This document shows, piece by piece, positions 1 to 11,269 of a stretch of DNA of 64,000 nt. The translations under genes were made by a program, and so were the position numbers. The stretch covers positions 51,150,001 through 51,214,000 of the forward strand of contig NC_091286.1 in assembly GCF_032444005.1 (NCBI RefSeq). Reading direction: 5' to 3'. This DNA is from Ranitomeya imitator (taxonomy: Eukaryota). The notes below the pieces were generated by a model. That model was not told the origin of the DNA. It did not search any database and worked only from the letters and a program-made list of their open reading frames with translations. How positions within the stretch are numbered: position 1 is the stretch's first letter; each line of letters begins with the position of its first letter.

Positions 1-709
1 CATTAGCACAATTGCCATTGCACCAAGGCAATCGAGATGAGCCAGGCAAAGCGCTTCAATTGGTGCCTTTAATACAATGTGCCAATTCTAAGGCAGCTGT
101 TAGTTGTATAAAATAGAAAAAAATGAATAAAAAACATGCTGCCAGTCTAAATAATTGATCCCAAGCCTGCCCGCATAAAAAATATATATTTCAGCTAGAT
201 AAGAATCATTTTTGCAGAAAGGGTAAATCAATATATAGTATAACACGCCACGTGACCACACACGTCATTGAAGTGTATCGAGCCCCAAGAGATAAAGAGC
301 CGATTGGAGGACTGACAGTGGGATAAGTATAGTTTGGACTGAGGAAAGATGAAAATAAAATTTGATTTTAATCTCTAACCAGTGCCAACTGAGTTTCCCC
401 TGAATTGAGCAAATCTTCAAAGTGTCAAAATTTGGGACATTTACTCAACTCTAATGTATACTAAGATATGTATAAATGTAAAGGTAAACTATGCAAAATG
501 ATTTCTAATATGAAATTAAGTTTTGACACTTTATTCAAGTTAATTATTTTTTATTGCGTTTTCAATATTACAGAATATTATAAAATATTAATTTTTCAGC
601 TTTTTAACCTATACCATGTAACATTTTCCAGCTAGTTTCCAGTATTTAATTTAATTCAGTGCATTGCATGTTAAAGGTGAGAATACATGCTAAGTAAGGC
701 TTGCCTTTA

Positions 710-1477
710 GGGTACCGTCACACTATAACATTTCGATCGCTACGACGGTACGATTCGTGACGTTCCAGCGATATCGTTACGATATCGCTGTGTCTGACAC
801 GCAGCAGCGATCAGGGATCCTGCTGAGAATCGTACGTCGTAGCAGATCGTTTAGAACTTTCTTTCATCGCTGGATCTCCCGCTGTCATCGCTAGATCGGT
901 GTGTGTGACACCGATCTAGCGATCTAGCGATGCGATCCAGCGATGCGTTCGCTTGTAACCAGGGTAAACATCGGGTAACTAAGCGCAGGACCGCGCTTAG
1001 TTACCCGATGTTTACCCTGGTTACAAGCGTTAAACTAAAAAAAAACAAACAGCACATACTTACATTCTGGTGTCCGTCAGGTCCCTTGCCGTCTCTGCTT
1101 CCCGCACTGTGACTGCCGGCCGTAAAGTGAAAGCAGAGCACAGCGGCTGTGCTTTCACTTTCACTTTACGGCCGGCAGTCACTGAGTGCGGGAAGCAGAC
1201 TGCAAGGGACCTGACGGACACCAGAATGTAAGTATGTGCTGTTTGTTTTTTTTTAGTTTAACGCTTGTAACCAGGGTAAACATCGGGTAACTAAGCGCGG
1301 TCCTGCGCTTAGTTACCCGATGTTTACCCTGGTTACCCAGGGACCTCGGCATCTTGGTCGCTGGAGAGCTGTCTGTGTGACAGCTCCCCAGCGACCACAC
1401 TACGATTTACCTACGATCACGGCCAGGTCATATCGCTGGTCGTGATCGTAGGTAAATCGTATAGTGTGACGGTACCC
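710..1477. mobile_element. Non-autonomous PIF/Harbinger-type MITE
   Basis: Perfect 18-bp TIR GGGTACCGTCACACTATA (710-727 / 1460-1477), TTA duplicated on both sides (707-709, 1478-1480), extensive internal inverted repeats, no transposase. Confidence 0.85.
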
Positions 1478-1534
1478 TTAGAGCTAGATTAGTTTGTGCC
1501 AGGTTATCCCACGCTGGGCAGATCAATGCATTAA

Positions 1535-2395
1535 CAGAAAAAGCAATAGTGTGCAAAAAACACACCATATATATACCCCCTGGCTCAAGACAGAATCAGC
1601 TGTGGAGGATATCCACTAATAAAACATAACTTTTAATATTAAATGCTAAAAACTGCACATCCAACAGGACACAAACGAAAAAAACATACAAAGTGCTCAG
1701 GTGAACCAGTGCTCAATAAAAAAGAATGGTTGGATCTCACCCAAGCTGCCGGACACTGTATACTTCCGTACGACACAATAGAGATCCAATTAGATGAGGA
1801 GGGGCAGGGCTGAAGTAGTATGTCTACCCTGTAACCCCTCTGTAACTCCTGTCCTGACAAGGACAGGCCCCAAATGGACCTTGCTCTAAGGGACCAGCCC
1901 ACCCAATATGTGTAAAGGCAGAGTCCCAAAACCTCTTGAAACGTAGAATCTTCCTCCCTACGCGTTTCAACTCCGGTCATGGAGAATCATCAGGGGAGTC
2001 ATATGGAAAAAAGTGCCAACGGGCACAGAGATGTAAGTCCGTCTAAATTGTGGGGCCTGCAGTGGCTAGGTAACCCACGCTGGAGATGACCGTCTGTGTC
2101 CACAGTCTCTGGTAGAGTACAACCCACCTCTGTGAAGCCTCTCTATATACCCAAAGCACCTCCCCCTAGTACCTGATATACTGGGATATGGGAAAACCTG
2201 GAACGGATCAAACTGCCTAATAAACCATGTGCACTGTATGCCCCAAAAAGCTATAGATCCAGTTGGGGCATTCCAAGGGGGCATAAATAATGCCCGTGAG
2301 CCCCCATACTCATGAATGAGAAATTATCATAGCCGCACAAAACCAGCACTAGTCATATGCGGCTGCATGGTTACCAGTTTATAAATAATGATATA

Positions 2396-2473
<78 letters not shown>

Positions 2474-2519
2474 CCATATGCGGCTGCATGGTTACCAGTT
2501 TATAAATAATGATATACGG

Positions 2520-2571
<52 letters not shown>

Positions 2572-2617
2572 CCATATGCGGCTGCATGGTTACCAGTTTA
2601 TAAATAATGATATACGG

Positions 2618-2649
<32 letters not shown>

Positions 2650-2716
2650 CCATATGCGGCTGCATGGTTACCAGTTTATAAATAATGATATACGGAAAAA
2701 AAAAAAAAAAAAAAAA
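1535..2716 (-). mobile_element. TSD-flanked retroposed insertion, probably PLE-derived, carrying a hammerhead motif and a poly(A)-punctuated tandem end
   Basis: 15-bp direct repeat AGATCAATGCATTAA at 1520-1534 and 2717-2731; minus-strand HHR at 1955-1997; no protein ORF. PLE assignment is inference. Confidence 0.7.
1955..1997 (-). ncRNA. Minimal type I hammerhead ribozyme motif
   Basis: Minus strand UCCC-CUGAUGA-uucuccaugaccggaguu-GAAAC-GC-GUA-GGGA: canonical core, 4-bp helix I, CUCC/GGAG stem II with U.U at its base, palindromic ACGCGU helix III. Confidence 0.7.
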
Positions 2717-2717
2717 A
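2354..2717 (+). repeat. Four tandem copies of a ~47-bp unit, each followed by a poly(A) tract
   Basis: Unit GCCATATGCGGCTGCATGGTTACCAGTTTATAAATAATGATATACGG; A tracts of 76, 51, 31 and 22 nt. Confidence 0.95.
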
Positions 2718-4254
2718 GATCAATGCATTAAGCCTTAAAAATCCCCCAGGTTTACCAAACTGTAGTGGAGGATTGGTACAATTCTACATCTGAAGCTTGT
2801 CAAGGATAGTTTTACTTCTTGGAGCTATTTTAATTAAATCCATTCAAGTCATCAGTTGAGAGTCACCAGTTAAGAATTGGTGGTGCCAGCAAGATATTCT
2901 TTTTCGTTTGTCTATTTTCACAGATTTTCTTTATATTTTTTCAAGCTTGAAATGATTATGAATTAAGATCAGATTAATAACTGTAAAGCATTTATAATTA
3001 TTGAGGTGGTTACTAACTCTGAAAATTCTTTTCTTGCATGTTATTTTCTTTAGGAGGATAAAGGAGAAAGTAAAAGGTTTTTACATCTATTTCTAGCAAT
3101 ACTTTATGTAGTGGTTTCCCAATTTAGTAGAGCCGGATTAAAGATTGTGCCAAAAAAAATAAATGAATAAATGCCTTGGTTCCTAAACTACCACAACAAA
3201 TGGGATTCAAATTTGTATCTGCAGGTTCATGACATAAAGTGCCCAACACATCATCAGCCCCGGTAAGTAGCCAGTGCCCAGGTTGCAATATTATAATGAG
3301 AATAGATTAGGAAACTGTCTGTCTTGGTGAGCTGGTTGTGATCTCAATATCTGGTTAGGCCAACTAGGTAGCACGAGCTGGATCTAGTGCCCTCTTACTG
3401 CCAATCTACTGAGGGATGTTGTTTTTTTCTATTTTAGCTAAAAGTATATTTTTTCATGCAGTTTGTTGTCCATTGAGAATTGTCTTCTTTTAAATTCAGA
3501 GCTGATATAGTACCGCTGTGATGTCTAAATCAAAGTTATTATCCTGTATATTAAGTTATGCTTTTATAGACAGGCTTTTTACCTAAATGTTTCTTATCTT
3601 TTCTCAATGTATCTGTACCCTAGGTTGATGATTCAAAATAAGTGAAATATTTGTCAGTAATAGAAGACATTTTGCTCATGAAGGCCTGAAGAGCAGTACA
3701 ACACTAAGTGTTTGCAGGCAACAGTGAATCATGGTGGAAGTTTCCCGCAAGTTTTGGGCTGCATGTTAGCAAATGGAAATGCAGATACCACTGATGCATA
3801 TCAGTGCACCCTATTCATAGGGAAAACACCCTATGTTGGACATAAACAATAATAGGGACCAACTCCACTATGACATAAATCCTATAGAAAAACTACGGAG
3901 TATAAAAGAACCCAATATACGTAACAATCTATAAAATATACCAAATTTTATTAAATCACATAATTGATAACAGATAATACATACAAGGGACACGTATAGC
4001 ACAAGTACGGCGGACAACTAACACTGTACATAACACCTTGGTCATAGAAGGAACAGAAATAAAGTGGCTAAGAGAGGCATATTAATTCTTAGTTCAATTG
4101 CTAATAAAGTGCATAGTGCGCCTACAAAGTAAATTCAACCTCCTACCACCATATCTGTTGATATCAGACAGACTTGCAATAAGTGAATATAAAAGTAACC
4201 AAAGTTCTGCCAGTCTTACCCAGTAAATAGATGGTGCCAGTGAGTGTCCGGTGG

Positions 4255-4290
4255 CCCCGACGCGCGTTTCGCGTGAGCTTCCTCGGGGGG
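4255..4290 (-). ncRNA. Minimal hammerhead motif, U4C core variant, GUC site
   Basis: CCCC-CCGAGGA-A-GC-UCAC-GC-GAAAC-GCGC-GUC-GGGG; self-complementary ACGCGCGU helix III. Confidence 0.6.
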
Positions 4291-4563
4291 TCATGTTTGT
4301 GTGCTTAACTGGAGCAGTATTTAAGGACATCTAAACAGCTGTGATGAGTAGTCTGCACAGTAATTGGCGCATGCGCACCGCCATATTATGGGACGCTGTC
4401 CACATCATCCCCGACATTTCCGGCGTATGGAGCAGGCAGAGGGAAAACCCCCTCCAGACGTCCCATAATATGGCGGTGCGCATGCGCCAATTACTGTGCG
4501 GACTACTCATCACAGCTGTTTAGATGTCCTTAAATACTGCTCCAGTTAAGCACACAAACATGA

Positions 4564-4599
4564 CCCCCCGAGGAAGCTCACGCGAAACGCGCGTTGGGG
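4564..4599 (+). ncRNA. Minimal hammerhead motif, mirror copy with GUU at the cleavage triplet
   Basis: CCCC-CCGAGGA-A-GC-UCAC-GC-GAAAC-GCGC-GUU-GGGG; same as 4255-4290 except C17>U. Confidence 0.55.
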
Positions 4600-6116
4600 C
4601 CACCGGACACTCACTGGCACCATCTATTTACTGGGTAAGACTGGCAGAACTTTGGTTACTTTTATATTCACTTATTGCAAGTCTGTCTGATATCAACGGA
4701 TATGGTGGTAGGAGGTTGAATTTACTTTGTAGGTGCACTATGCACTTTATTAGCAATTGAACTAAGAATTAATATGCCTCTCTTAGCCACTTTATTTCTG
4801 TTCCTTCTATGCCCAAGGTATTATGTACAGTGTTAGTTGTCCGCCGTACTTGTGCTATACGTGTCCCTTGTATGTATTATCTGTTATCAATTATGTGAAT
4901 TATTAAAATTTGGTATATTTTATAGACTGTTACGTATATTGGGTTCTTTTATACTCCGTAGTTTTTCTATAGGATTTATGTTAGCAAATGGAGTTGGGGA
5001 CTTGGTCTGGATTAATATTTTCCTCAATGCTGATAATTACAGACAGATACTTATCTTTCATGCAGTGCCATTGGAGAGACATCTGACTGGTTCAAATGTA
5101 TTCTACAGCAGGACAACAACCCCAACTATACAGCCAGTGTCATTAACCCCTTAGTGACCGCCAATATGTGCCCTGTTGCACCCTCTGTGACTGCGATAGT
5201 TACACCCCTGCATGTGACTCGTAAGTCAATCAGTAATCTCGACAGTCAGGCGACTGAAAGGACATTTATACTTATCCAAGCCTGGTCCTGCCACAGAACA
5301 TTGTAGTAGGTGTGCTAGAGTGGGAGAGCAACAGAGAGGTAGGTAAAAGACCTCTTTATTTTATTGCAATCCTCTCTGTCCACCGATCCCTTCTTTCTGG
5401 TGGAAAATCCCTTTAATGAACATATGACTTAGGTTAGTCACCAACACTCATATCAGCCATTTCCTTTTTTTTTATTTTGCAGTCTTTTGAATATTCTTAC
5501 TCTGCATTTTCCCTTTGAGAATGATAAGGTAAATTCACAGAGTGAAAAAAAACATCCTCCTGAAGCTGTAAAAATTATATCACAACAGATGCATCCTGTA
5601 TTGAGTAAAAAAACCATCCATGCATTTAAATCACTTCTATTCTGTTGGTTTATGATGCTGTTTGAGACAACACTGTTTTTGCATTTGTAATTAGAAGATT
5701 GAGCAGATGGTGGAGTTCTCATTTGTGATAGGTCTATTAAAATAACTTATGCAGACAAAAACTTGTGTATTACAGATTACCTGCTTTCCATTCTGCGATA
5801 AATTGATAGATTGGAATACATTTTGGGGGAATTATTTAACACTGACTTTAAACAAAAAAATAATGCTAGCTATTGCATGCTCTGTACTAATTTATAAAGA
5901 AATATGTCTCATCAAACTGTTTTAGCATAAAAAATGTAAGTAATAAACAGTTGTTTGGACTGCAATTTATTTAGTATGGACGGATAGTACTTTTCTTATA
6001 TAACTTTTCTTGAAGGGGTTATATAAAGTTAGAAAACAGGTATGCTTCCTTACTGAAACAGCACCAATCTTGTCCATAGGCTGAATCTTGTTACTGTAAG
6101 AGTTACAAACATTTAA

Positions 6117-6542
6117 AGGGGTTATCCAATACTATTTTTTTTTTACTATGGGACTAAGAGCTAACAGGCTGGTTTCTGCTAACTATCTGCCTGTTTTGTC
6201 CGCCACTGATCTCTGTTGGTAATTTTGCAACTTCTGCTGTTGTCACGTTGACAGAACAGCTGCTTCTCTTCCATTCTGCCCCATTGATGGGGCATGACTG
6301 TCAATTTTAGGCGGATTGACAGCCAGATCACCATTGCCTAACTGCGGGAAGCCTGCTGTCAATCGGCATGATGCCTGCAATCACTCTCCGTCAACAAAGC
6401 CACCCAGAAAAGGAAGAGCTGCTCTGTAGACGTGAACTGACAAATCGGTAGCAGGAGCGGTTAGTGACCGATCTAAGCCACTGACGGGTAGAACAGTGGC
6501 TACCCACTTAGTAAAAAAATAAAACAGCCTAGGAAAACTCAT
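6117..6542. mobile_element. Kolobok/T2-type MITE (decayed)
   Basis: TTAA on both sides; ends AGGGGTTATCC / GGAAAACTCAT (imperfect TIR). Confidence 0.55.
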
Positions 6543-6817
6543 TTAAGTATGGCTGAATTGCAATACTAGAGAAAGCCCATAGACAAGCGTAATGCTGTTT
6601 CTGCCATATGCATTACACTGTATTTCTCTTTTGCCCTGTGTTAACCTTTCACACCATAGGAAAGGAAGAAGAAAACATCCCGCTTGCAATGGTGTGTGTC
6701 AGAGTCGACTCCATACCCAGCAAGTACAGACTATAATATGAAACTGTTCAGAGCCATCTTTAATTTAGGCAGTTTAATTCATAAGATGCTGCAGTCAATA
6801 GTGACTGCGACCTCTAA

Positions 6818-7211
6818 GGGTTTGTGCACACGTTGCGGATTCCATTGCAGATTATTCTGTGCGGATTCTGCAGAATCCGCAGGTAAAATTACCTACGTTT
6901 TACCTGCGGATTCCCTGCGGGTTTTCTGCGAATTTTGTGCAGTTTTTGTGCAGATTTCACCTGCGTTTTACACCTGCAAATTCCTATAATGGAATAGGTG
7001 TAAAACGCTGCGGAGTCTACACAATAAATTGACTTGCTGCGGAAAATAAACCTCTGCGTTTCCGTGTGGAATTTTCCACAGTATGTGCACTGAGGATTTG
7101 GTTTTTCGTAGGTTTACATGGTACTGTACACCGCATGGAAAATTGCTGCAGATCCACAGGGCCAAATCTGCTGCGGATCCACAGCCAAATCCACAACGTG
7201 TGCACATACCC
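6818..7211. mobile_element. Harbinger-type MITE
   Basis: TIR GGGT(T/A)TGTGCACACGTTG, TAA TSD (6815-6817, 7212-7214), many TGCGGA/TCCGCA subrepeats; same family as 53281-53612. Confidence 0.85.
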
Positions 7212-9668
7212 TAAGAGGTTAGGATGGGGTATTTCTTAGATGTGATATAATTGCAGAATGCTATTAGGTTGTTATGGCAGTTAGGTACCCCCCACACATG
7301 AAAGGCTACAGCTAGAGATGAGCAAATCGATTCAATGCAAATTGAATCTGATAAAATCTTTATGAAATTCACATATCCTGACAAATTCAAAAAATTTGCG
7401 ATTTCATTTGAGCAAATACCCCCCAAAAATGCCCCCAAAAAGTCATTAAGAACTTTTACACATTGCAAAAGATTACACCAGCCACAGACGGCGGCCATGA
7501 CCACACGCACAACCTTGTGGGCTTGACAGCTATCAAACACAGTCTGGGCCGCCATATTTGGATGATGATTTAGGAGAGTCAGAGGACATCAGAGCTCACA
7601 ACTCAACAATAAAGAATGGAAGAGGACACTGTCTACCTCATAAACTTTAAAAGTTTCAAGTTATTTGTTTTGCACTTGTGTTTGACTAATCAAAATTTAC
7701 ATCTTTACGCACCACGCCAATACAACGCCTTGTTGCAGGTACTGGCTTTTTGGTCATGTAGTTACGTAGCATTTTATATTACTTCCTATTTGGTAAGGGA
7801 TTTAATTTTGTAAAAAAAAATAGAAAAATATTATTAAAAATTAAAACATTGAAGTGTGCATGCCTATTTTTGCATACCTGATTTACTTGTCCAATTTGAT
7901 AAATATATGTGGCAAGCCTATACAGCGGTCAGATGCCAGATTTTGCTTTCTGTACATAACTGGATTGAAAAAGATTATAAAAAGTTAATGATATTTTTGT
8001 ACAAAATGTGTTGCAAAAGAAAAAGTGGCAAAGGCACTGAACAGGATAGTGTTACCTCTGACAGCGACACTGTCAGTTTGAGTCAGTGTTCTGCAAAAAA
8101 ATGGCCTGTTGAATTACAAATTACTAAGTTAGGGATTTTTTTATGCCAAATGAAGACATTTAACTGTGCAAGCCTGTTTGTACAAACTTGTTTTACTCGT
8201 CTGATTTGACAACCATATGTAGCTTGCCTATACAGTGAGCTGCTGTACATGCATAGCATTTCTTGGTAGTCCTTTTCATCAAGAGTTAAATAATTTGGCT
8301 AATAAATATTATAGAATGTTTATTATAATGTTGTATAAAATGCGTGGTAAAAGAAAAAGTGACAAAGGCAATGAACAGGGCGGTCAAAAATAGAAAACAG
8401 CGCATGTAAAAATGTGAGAACCGCTAGCCGCAGCAGAAACATGACCAACACTGGCACCAGCTGTCCTGGCAGTAGTACTATTAAATAAAGGACAGAATTG
8501 TCCTAATTTCCCCCCACAAGTATATTAATAGAGAGGGAGTGGAGGGCAATGTAGAATATATGTGACAGCAGGAGGAGGTTACTTCTGACAGAAACACTGT
8601 CAGTTTTTACATAGAATTCTTCTAACCTGGAAAATAGGACTCAAAAGATTTTATTATCTCTAGTTAGGTCCCTTATTAATCACCACCATAGAGTTTAATA
8701 GATCACTACAACAACAATTTACTGTTTTGTGGTTTGTACTAGCAGTCAAGTGATTTCAGGTTTTTTTTTAAATGGTATTGCTGTTTCTGTAAAAATATAA
8801 AACATTTAAAAATTACCTTACTTATCTTGAATTTTGATTAACGTAAAAAATGCTAAAATTGCTGTTTTGGTAACCTTGCACACAACGCAAAATTAAACTA
8901 AAAAACTAAAGTGATGAATACACTTCAAAATTATGAAAATATAAATCTAAGACTTGTCTTGCAAATGTTAGCCCCATCAATGGAAAGCTATGAAAAGGTG
9001 TGAGTCTCAGAGTATGTCAACAAACTAAATTCTTTTAGCATTACTTTAATAATTTGTATGACTATAAGTTTAGCCCTACAGAATAATGGTAACATGTAAT
9101 TTATGAGCACAATAAGCAAAATACAGTGAGGAACTGCTATTATTTTATTTCCTCTTTGCATTAAAAATACAAATTTATCTTTTGAAAAAACAAGCCTTCA
9201 TACGACTTCTGAATAAAAACATTGCTTGTGAAAGGAAGAAATTAAGAAATTAAAGTAAAAAAAATTGCGTCATCCTTAAGAGGGAAGAAATTAAGATAAG
9301 GAAAAAATATAATTTGGACATCTTCTGTTATATCACATCATATTTGTTTTTCAAAGGTACTGCAAGAAAAATCACTGTATTATTTTACCTTTTTTTCGCA
9401 CTGTCTGTGATGATAATGAGACTGCTGAAAAAAATATCTTAACAGAGCAGGGAGTGTTAATCTATTATAAGGTCCAAATGTGAAAATTGTAAGATAGATA
9501 GTGTCACAGAAAATGAAAAACATTGCCACCATTTTCTGAAGCTAAATTCCCTTTAACTGAATAAAGATTTAAGACAATGATAAATAAAGCATTCAAAATT
9601 TCCTCTAACTAGTATACCATGATAAAAATAAAATAATTGTTAAACATTTCTTTAAGAGATATGTTTAT

Positions 9669-10620
9669 TAGGGTTGAGCGAAATGGGTCGGCCATTTTCA
9701 GAAGTCGCCGACTTTTGGCAAAGTCGGGTTTCATGAAACCCGACCCGACCCCTGTGTGGGGTCGGCCATGAAGTCGGCGATCTTCTGAATCTGGTATCAG
9801 AATTCCGATCCCGAGATCCGATATGTTTGCAATATCGGAAATCGGTATCGGAATCCATATTTAAGTGTAAAATAAAGAATTAAAATAAAAAATATTGCTA
9901 TACTCACCCTCTGACGCGCCCTGGTATTAACCGGCAGCCTTTCTTCCTTCGAATCAGCGCTTGCAGGACCTTGCGGTGACGTCGCGGCTTGTGATTGGTC
10001 ACGTGACCGCCCATGTGACCGCTCGCGCGACCAATCACAAGCCGCGACGTCACCGCAAGGTCCTGGAAGCGCTGATTCTTAGGAAGGAAGGCTGCCGGAA
10101 AGAAGCAGGACGTGTCCAAGGGCGAGTATATACGTAATAGGAATATACTCACCCTCGGACGCGCCCTGCTTCTTTCCGGCAGACTTCCTTCCTAAGAATC
10201 AGCGCTTCCAGGACCTTGCGGTGATGTCGCGGCTTGTGATTGGTCACGCGAGCGGTCACATGGGCGGTAGCGCGACCAATCACAAGCCGCAACGTCACCG
10301 CAAGGTCCTGCAAGCGCTGATTCGAAGGACGGAAGGTTCCCGGTTAGTACCAGGGCGCGTCCGAGGATGAGTATAGCGATATTTTTTATTTTAATTCTTT
10401 ATTTTACACTTAAATATGGATCGCAGGGCCTGAAGGAGAGTTTCCTCTCCTTCAGACCCTGGGAAACATTGGAAACCCAATGCACTGCATTGGGTTTCGA
10501 GTTTCGGCCGACCCCGACTTTTTTATAGGATCGGCCGATTTCACTCGACCCGACTTTTGAAAAAGTCAGGTTTCGTGAAACCCGACCCCATCCTATAAAA
10601 GTAAAAGTCGCTCAACCCTA
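9669..10620. mobile_element. Non-autonomous hAT element
   Basis: TIR TAGGGTTGAGCGA / TCGCTCAACCCTA, perfect 8-bp TSD ATGTTTAT (9661-9668, 10621-10628), nested internal palindromes. Confidence 0.9.
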
Positions 10621-11269
10621 ATGTTTATAAAAGATAAAACTGAATATGGCTTAGTATTAATTCCTCATGTACATGGGTATAAAAAGTATGTTGAAATATA
10701 TAATGTATATACTCGAGTATAAGCCGAGATTTTCAGCCCATTTTTTTAGGCTGAAAGTGCCCCTCTCGGCTTATACTCGAGTCATTCCCAGGGGGTCGGC
10801 GGCGGAGGGGGAGCAGCAGTTGTCACATCATACTCACCTGCTCCCGGCGCAGTTCCTGCTTCTCCGATGCGATACGATGGTCTCTGGGCGCCGGCAGCTC
10901 TTCCTGTGTTCATCGGTCACGTGTTACCGCTCATTAAAGTAATGAATATGGACGCGATTACACTCCCATAGGGGTGGAGGACATATTCATTACTTTTTTG
11001 AAACTGTTTATTTTTGAAAGATTTTCCTTTTTCTCGTACAAATAACATCATAAACATAAGTATGGTTGTAGCAAAATTATGTAAAACAATGCAAACATTT
11101 TAGATGTTTCTTCCAGTGGCACAGTGCGCAGCACTGCTGCTCCTACTAAAATTAGGGCAAACATCTAATGCATCATCTAAGAATAGGTGGGGTACAGGGA
11201 AGGGATAGGGAAAAGTCAGGGAGGGGAAAAGACAAAGAAAGAGAGAAAAAAGGCACGTAACATCTGTTG

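Larger units (their letters stand above)
3778..4977. mobile_element. ORF-less palindromic element with two divergent hammerhead motifs (PLE inverted pseudo-LTR type)
   Basis: Inverted arms 3873-4395 and 4459-4981 (523 bp each, few mismatches), 63-bp spacer, 95-bp tail 3778-3872, 15-bp TSD ATGTTAGCAAATGGA (3763-3777, 4978-4992). Confidence 0.85.
3715..5148 (+). pseudogene. Tc1-like transposase fragment split by the palindromic insertion
   Basis: Left part reads like TV(K)HGG..QV(W)GC..ANG; after the 15-bp TSD it continues GVGDLV.I....LNA..Y..IL..HA.P...L.G....LQQDN.P, the Tc1 DDE region. Frameshifted. Confidence 0.7.

Noticed and set aside
1-330. Possible further hammerhead or PLE remnant at the window start
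   Set aside because: No complete CUGANGA/GAAA core with pairing helices.
2388-2603. Poly-lysine ORF
   Set aside because: Translation of the poly(A) tracts.
2354-2717. CRISPR-like repeat-spacer appearance (also 15706-16236)
   Set aside because: Spacers are homopolymers or absent, there are no cas genes, and the context is eukaryotic.
4094-4760. Paired near-identical ORFs on opposite strands (78 aa and 60 aa)
   Set aside because: Artefact of the palindrome; no recognisable domain.
3224-6695. Possible host micro-exons (about 3224-3262 VHDIKCPTHHQP, and about 6660-6691 KEEENIPLAM) with AG/GT signals
   Set aside because: Too short to separate from chance; I could not build a consistent exon chain or recognise a protein. 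Spliced RNA-seq alignment would decide.
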